Source: Macrostomum lignano
Taxonomy: Eukaryota
Assembly (NCBI GenBank): GCA_002269645.1
Contig: NIVC01002864.1
Location: forward strand, 70,308 to 134,307
DNA length: 64,000 nucleotides
Reading direction: 5' to 3'
Shown here: piece by piece, positions 57,112 through 64,000 of the stretch
Layout of the letters: each line of letters starts with the position of its first letter
How positions within the stretch are numbered: position 1 is the first letter of the stretch
Notes under the pieces: generated by a model
Seen by the model: the letters and a program-made list of their open reading frames with translations, nothing else
Database searches by the model: none
What the model was told of the DNA's origin: nothing
Made by a program: the position numbers and the translations under genes

Positions 57112-58657
57112 AAACAAACAGACTTGTCTAAAAATGGAAACCCTGACGAATTGCAGCCAGTTCCCCACAGCCGGGTGATGAGCATTTGCAATAATTATAA
57201 GCCACTAATCCTGTCAGAGCAGCTTATCTGTCTGCACTTAAACGCGTGGGCGTTAATGGATCTTGGCTTCGAGTTAATTCCTGATAAATTAGGCTGTTTA
57301 GGTTGTGATGGTTATGACGTTCTGAAGCTGAGCAATTTAATCCAATCAATTGATTGAGCTAGACAAGGCTAACGCTTTGATTGATTTGACTGCTTTCAAT
57401 AGCCCGATTTCATTTAAAGGATTGCTCTTTTGTTGCTTTTAATATTCGCGAACTGAAGCTTGGGCAGAAATGAGTTCGTCTGTTCGGCTTTGATCAATTG
57501 AAGACAGCAAAATGGGATGTCTTCAATTCCTTTAGCATTTGAGGGGCTTTTTAGTCCCGTGTACTTGAGCACGAGGTTCGTGTCCAAAGACTAATTTCCT
57601 CTGCTTTTCTCTTTACTTTGGCTCTCCCTTCCCGCTTTCTTCTCTTCTGCGCTTCCGAGTTGGGAGGCACCTGCCAATCCCCAGACTGGGACTGACAACC
57701 GGGGGGCTTCGCCAAAGCGGCTCATCCATGCTCTCAGTCTGCCTGCCCGCGTCCTGCCCTCTGCACCCCCTACTGTCTATTCCTCAATTGTCCCTCCACT
57801 TCCCTTTCCCCTTTTCCCTAGATCGTTCTCTTCTACTCCACCTGCCATCTCGGGGCTCTGGAGCTCACTTTGCTTCCTCTCTAGAAAAACTCAAATATCC
57901 TGGATTAGAATTGCACTATTGTTCTGGTCGATATGAACAAATCTGTTCACTCTTTATAAGTTATTAAAAAACCCAACTAGAAAAGCGAAGATGCAATTCA
58001 AATTAGTCAATTCCGATCAGTGACGTACGCAAAGGGGAGTTTGGACACAAAACCGCACTGAAGACAGGGGCTGGGGCGACAAACCCCGAGACAAAGCGCG
58101 TTGTGACCAAGTCTCACTTGCCACAATTTGCGAAAATCGACGAAAATAACCACTTATTCATATGAGCGCATTGATTTTTGCATGCATAAAATAACCACTT
58201 GTATATCCCGTCAACCGAGTCCTGTTGATTCCCTGTGTTGTCTGCTCCCCTGCCCTTGAGTCTACTAATAACCCCCTCTTCTGTCTGCCAGTTCGCCCAA
58301 TGAGACTTTAGCTAGGGTAGAGAAGGCATCAAAGCGCTACTGCTCTTCTTTCTCTCGTCGCCTCTCCGCCTCCTTGACACTGCACTCCTCATATCAGGCT
58401 TTTTTCATTGCCTGAGCCTCCAGCTCCACAAAGCGTTGGCAGATTTTTCCCTCTCTGTTCTCACAGAAGTCGTCAGAATCTTTTATTCCTGTCACTGCAT
58501 CAGGAGTTTTTAAGCCCAATTTCGCGCGTGTCAGTTCGCTGCTGAACTTTTCAACGACTTTACTTCAAACAGGTTGAGAGCTCTGCAACCATCGCCAAAA
58601 AGTCTTAAGCAGCTTCTTCTAAAAGCAACAGAATAAAAGAGTAATTTCAACCAAAAC

Positions 58658-59506
58658 ATGTTCCGAAACGGAGGCGGTGGAAGCGGCGGTATTGGCGGTG
58701 GCGGCAGCGCCGGTGGGCTGGCCGGCAGCGGCGGCATCGGCGGCAGCGGGGGCGGCAGTTCCAACGGTCACTCAGTTCAGACAAAAGACTCAAAGACCAA
58801 GGACCGCACAATCGCTGGCGCCTTTTCAAATCATAACGCGGCGGAAAAGACCGGACCAGAGGTGCAGGACATCCGCATTGTTGTCCTTGGAGCAAGCAAA
58901 GTTGGTAAGACCTGCCTGGTGCAACAGTTCGTCCAATGCAGTTGCCCGGAGGTCTACACCCCAACTCGCAAGCCAACAATCTACCACCCGTCGATCACTG
59001 TCAATGAGCACTGCTACGACGCTCGCATTGTCGACTGTCCCACCCTGCGCTACTTTCCAACCGACTCGCTGCAAGAATTCTCCGACTTTCGCGGCTTCGG
59101 CTTGCGTTCAGCATCCGGCTACGTCCTGGTCTACGACATCAGCGACGAATCTTCGTTTGCCTACATCCGGCGTATTCGCGAGAGCATCCAGGAGCAGGGC
59201 ATCGACGCGCCAATACTGGTGGCAGCGAACAAAGCCGACCTGGTTAGCAACGGCAAATCAGAGAAAGAGAACAGCAACAAGGACGCGTCGAAAGACAAGG
59301 GCAAGGAGGCGCGCCGAGAGACAAGCAACATAGTGCGCAAGCAGTGGAAGTGCATGTTTGTAGAGTGCTCTGCCAAGTACAACTGGCACGTAGGCAGCGC
59401 ATTCCGCGAACTACTGAAGGCAATCGATCACAAGGACTTTGGACATAAGCCTACCTCGGCCCGAGTGCAGGAGGCGCTGCGACGGAACCAGTGCTGTGTC
59501 ATGTAA
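58658..59506 (+). CDS. RASL10B: Ras-like protein family member 10 (RASL10A/B-type) small GTPase, 282 aa, intronless CDS
   Basis: G1 GASKVGKT, IVDCP...FP.DSLQE, GLRSASGYVLVYDI, G4 NKAD, VRKQWKC.FVECSAKYNWH and the C-terminus ALRRNQCCVM (CAAX) follow the RASL10 pattern. Confidence 0.92.
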   Translation: MFRNGGGGSGGIGGGGSAGGLAGSGGIGGSGGGSSNGHSVQTKDSKTKDRTIAGAFSNHNAAEKTGPEVQDIRIVVLGASKVGKTCLVQQFVQCSCPEVYTPTRKPTIYHPSITVNEHCYDARIVDCPTLRYFPTDSLQEFSDFRGFGLRSASGYVLVYDISDESSFAYIRRIRESIQEQGIDAPILVAANKADLVSNGKSEKENSNKDASKDKGKEARRETSNIVRKQWKCMFVECSAKYNWHVGSAFRELLKAIDHKDFGHKPTSARVQEALRRNQCCVM

Positions 59507-62464
59507 TACACAGACTGGCTTACACTCGATAGCTACTCTGAAAAATGTTCCGATGCACGTGTTTTCCCATCTGCAATAGTGGCACTTCACCGGTGCACAA
59601 AATCTGGATTGTTTCAGCCCGGAGAGCATCGAGATCATCGACGCCGTCCAATTTCTGTTTCTCATTCAATCAACTAGAGCACTTCTTCTTCGGAGGTCTG
59701 AGAGGATCAGGCGCGTTCAGCACTCATCGCTATTTATCGTTGTCAAGTGCCTTGCTCCTCATACAGTGTTTGTTCGCTTCTCCTATTTGTAAGCTTTCAG
59801 TCGTCAGCGTTACATTCGATTGAATTTCTGTGATTTTACCATTCTAGAATTTGATAAAACTTGCGGCTTGTGGAAGTAATTCTGCAAATTATGAAGCTTA
59901 ACATGTAGTGTTCCGCATGTCAATTGCTAGTCAGTTTGTGTCTCTGTCAGTTCATCTTTTCCTGTTTTTCTCCTCGTCCTTTATGGCTCTTTTCAAGCAA
60001 AAAAATCAATTACTATATGTCACACTTTCTATGCCCCAAGCATATGTCAAACTGTCATCATTGCATCAAAATCTGCACAGAGCACCGACCGAGTCTACCG
60101 CCAAGCCCCCCCCCGCTGTTAAAACCTGCAGCCTTCCCATCCCGTTGTGTCAGCTCGCATTTACTATACAGAATTAACGTTTAAGTCAATTGTAATTAAT
60201 GTTACAAACTTAATCGGAACTTCATCGACAGTTTCAAAGTAAAAAGCATTCATCGAAAGAAGAGTATTTTCTATTTCTATAAATTACGGCGTATTTTCTA
60301 ATTTGTTTCAGTTGTTTTTCATTTCTTCACAGAATTTTGTAGAATTTCAAGAATTTGCGGTTTTATTAATCAAATCAACTTATCGTTAATGGCTCTCAGG
60401 CGTTAACCCTATATGATAGTATAATAAGCAGTGAAAATGTAATGCATAACAGTAATAATATTCAATTTGAAGAAGAGCTGTGGCACCCTGGAGTAACGAC
60501 TTCATTGAAATCGTCCCACAACCAATTCTACGCGGGCGCACACTCACACAGGACCATTGATTTCGAGGTGGAAACTTTAACATGTTGCTGAGTGTGACAA
60601 CTGATCATCGCCTTGCACTATTAATCAGCATTAGCTTCCACAAGCCCTTGAATATACTTTAGGCGGACTGATACGTCTTTTACAATAATTTAGGCCGGTA
60701 GCTCTGGCCCAACCCAAGTTGGTTCAGTTTATTCTCTTTTATTCGCTCTATTAGCGACTGGAACGAGGAATAGGTAGATAGGGATAAAGGAGAGGGAGAG
60801 ATGGAGAGATTAAGTGAAGCGAACCTCGAGACAAGGATGTCGTAGCGTGCTGCGTTGTCCACTCTAGCGTTATGAGTGACGTCTCTTCTCTCCCTCCCTC
60901 GCCCTCTCCCTCTTTCTTTCATGGCTGAATGAATGTCCTCGCTCCGGCTTAAATACCTACACTTCACCAACTGCCGCGGTCGCATTGGAGTGGATGTCTG
61001 AGTGAGCTCAGCTGCCTTCAACAGCTCCGCCTGGAGATGGGGAGAAAAGAAAAAGAAGAAAAAACACAAGGGAGGTAGCGGCGGTGACGGCAGCAGCGGC
61101 TGCTTCTGAAAGGACGGGCAAATAACATGCATAAGCAAAGCATGCGTGAGATTTAAGATCGAGCATAGAAGGGGGGAAGGAGAAAGTAGAAGAATCTCCG
61201 CTTCACCAAACCCTCTCACCCACGACTGACTCGATCTGTCCTCATATGCGTCCTTTCTCTCTTCCTCTTTCCCGAAGGTTGCAATAAGCAATGGGGGGAG
61301 GTCAGGCCCAACAGAAGGAAACGCGCGCCAGGGCGACAGAAGCCCTTCGCGCTGCTGAGGTTTTCAGACTTGGTCCCCCCCCCAATCCCACACACCCTAG
61401 CTCTCATGGCTACCGGTCCCGCCGGACTCTCTCCCAGCCTGGGCGGAAAGTCCCCCGAGAGATAAGGAGATTACGGGGGGTTGCCGCCGCTCCGGGACCA
61501 GCCTCGCCCCGTGCTCCTCCAGCCCAACCCGCCCCCTCGCCAAGCCCAGCCTGCTAGTCAGTAAATTACCGCGGTCATGATTGACTTCCGTTCCGAGGCG
61601 AATAGGCCGGGCCGCCCGGAATGGCGGGGCGGAGGGTGGAAAGGGGACCAACGAGAAAGTCAGCAAGAGAGGGGGAACGTTGCGGGCGACAGTAGATTCA
61701 GGAAGTGGTCTCTGGTCTGAGAAAGGCGAGAAAATGGTGAAAACCTGGAGTTTAATCAGGGATTCAAAGCGCTAACTCGGATTTGGATGACCCATAACTG
61801 TCAGTATTCTAGACTAGGTAGGCTTCCTAAGCAGTGAGAAATACGCCTTAAAGGACGACAGGACAGGAATTATTTATCAAAGCCTCACACCTTGTTTTAT
61901 ATCTGAGCATTAACAACACCTGTTGTATCAAGGATGTTGACTGCAGTTAGTCCGCTGACCTTTAATACAATTTCATTACTTGCCCACCTTTCCTCCTCGG
62001 ATTGCAATATCCGCCAAGCTGGCAAGTCATTTCCTACACAGGCGACTCAGATAGGCAAAGGCTTCCGGAGTCTCTGTAACCTCCCCTCAGTGATGAGATT
62101 TCACAGAGACAGGAAGCTAGGGAAACTAACTATTTTATTCTTTGACGCGTCATATACATCTTAGCATTAAGTCCAGTCCGTATATATAGATAAGGATTAA
62201 ATCTCTACATCGCTTCCTATCATGATCCAGTGGCCATCTTGTTCTTTTTGCAATTTTCGTATTTCCACATTTAGCCCTGCTATACTGTCTTTACTTGTCG
62301 TGTCTTTACTCGCTCTCTACCTGTCCTGTCTTTAACATCCATGTCTCTAACATTCTTGTCTTTACCCGTCCTTGTCTCTACTTGTCGTGTCTTTACCCTC
62401 TATCTGTCCTGTTTCTTCCTGTCTTTACCTGTCCTGTCTCTACTTATCGTGTCTTTAGCCTCAA

Positions 62465-62830
62465 CCCACCCTGTCTCTAACCCACTCTCTAATCTGACCT
62501 GTCTCTAACCCACTATGTCTCTAATCCACTCTCTAATCTGACCTGTCTCTAACCCACTATGTCTCTAATCCACTCTCTAATCTGACCTGTCTCTAACCCA
62601 CTATCTAATCTGACCTGTCTCTAACCCACCCTGTCTCTAACCTGCCCTGTCTCTAACCCACTCTGTCTCTAACCCACTCTGTCTCTAACCCACTCTGTCT
62701 CTAACCTGCTCTGTCTCTAACCCACTCTGTCTCTAACCCACTCTGTCTCTAACCTGCTCTGTCTCTAACCCACTCTGTCTCTAACCACTCTGTCTCTAAT
62801 CCACCCTGTCTCTAACCTGAGCTGTCTCTA
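62465..62830. repeat. 16-17-bp minisatellite (CTGTCTCTAACCCACT)
   Basis: About 20 units directly visible. Confidence 0.85.
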
Positions 62831-64000
62831 AACTTCCATCGTGTCTCCACCAGTCCTGTCTGTCTTAATCTATTTTTGTCTCACTCTAGCTCATCACTTG
62901 TCTCTAAAAGTCTAGTACATGAGCAATCGTAAGAGCAAAAACATTCCGTCAGCCTCTGAACATGGCAGGTCGGCATGCGCGCACTTCCGTCACTCTCTCA
63001 GAATATCACGCCTATCGATATATAGAAACTCTCGCCGGTTTCTGTTTTTAACCTGGCGTGACTTTGCGAATTTAAAAGCAGCCGGCAATCGGGTCTGTCT
63101 CTGGCAGCGAGTGTCAAAGTCGCACGTGCATTTTGTTTTACAGCAGTCTAGAGGACTGACACACGCGTTAGGACGATTTCTCTGTCCAAAACTGAGGGCC
63201 ACTTCAACCCAACGCTAGCAGCAGCCTTCCTACCAAATAATCACGCAAGAATTCTGCCAGAAGGAAAAATGAAATCACAGTTGACGAAAAGAGAATTAGA
63301 GTTAGGGCAGAGGCAAAGGGAAGTGCAGCAGGGAATTGGACTGGATTAGCGACTCCCCGCGCTGTCATGCTAAGGATTATCAAGAGATTAGCTTGGCCTG
63401 ACCGCCAGTGGCCTCTGATTGAGACACAAGCTCCCCTTCTCTGATCAAAAATGGGCTGGGCAATGCTGTTTCGCCGAATGAATGACATCAAAAAGAATTG
63501 GGCAAAAAGTATCGAAAAGCAGATTCTGATAAAAACCATACGATAATCATTTTCCCAAGTTGAATGGATTATAAAAATGTAAGTCAAACGGAAAATTCTA
63601 TACTGCAAAAGTCACGAAAAAAGAGTATCTGGGCATCTAAGTCCAAATTGCTTAACCCTTTCTGCCAAATATTTGAGGAGAATGGCAAGATAGGCACTGC
63701 AGGAGTGGGGCAGAGGGTCAGAGCTGCAGACAGCGCACCTCACTAAATTGAGATTCCGTCTATGAGATATGAGAGTATAGTGGCTATAGTGCAGGAGCCA
63801 ACGAAGACTGCCAGCCCCCAACAGACCCGCGCCACTTCGTCACTCTCTGATTGATGACTCGAACTCGAACTGGACAGATAAAATGGGGGAGGCTCCCGAG
63901 TTTAGGCTGCTCAGATAGCGGGGGGAAGGTCTGCAAAAGTCGCGGGCCAGGCCGCTCGAGCACTTCAAACTGGCATTGGAGAAAATGCCATTCGCCACTT

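Noticed and set aside
59545-64000. Numerous 60-200-aa ORFs in the last 4.5 kb
   Set aside because: Low-complexity or biased composition, no domain motifs and no coherent splice structure.

Overview
Eukaryotic, metazoan invertebrate genomic DNA with GT-AG introns, GC-rich exons and very abundant mini- and microsatellites. The style resembles a free-living flatworm such as Macrostomum, but that is inference only. Genes reconstructed by hand: globin exon 1 (minus, runs off the left edge), an orphan ORF, a 2-exon divergent MATH-BTB protein, a possible small single-pass membrane protein, a 2-exon aquaglyceroporin, intronless ANKRD39, a truncated DSS1/SEM1-like acidic peptide, a 19-exon GABA-B receptor subunit 2-like class C GPCR (minus, about 1003 aa), a secreted PAN + ALK/LTK-type glycine-rich gene with two in-frame stops, and an intronless RASL10-family GTPase. 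Mobile DNA includes a hAT-type MITE with 35-bp TIRs and an 8-bp TSD, four copies of a minisatellite-carrying TIR element, three tRNA/CORE-like SINEs, a second MITE and a decayed RNase H-bearing LINE. Most long ORFs in the supplied track are artefacts of tandem repeats. No prokaryotic features (CRISPR, rRNA, genuine tRNA) were seen.
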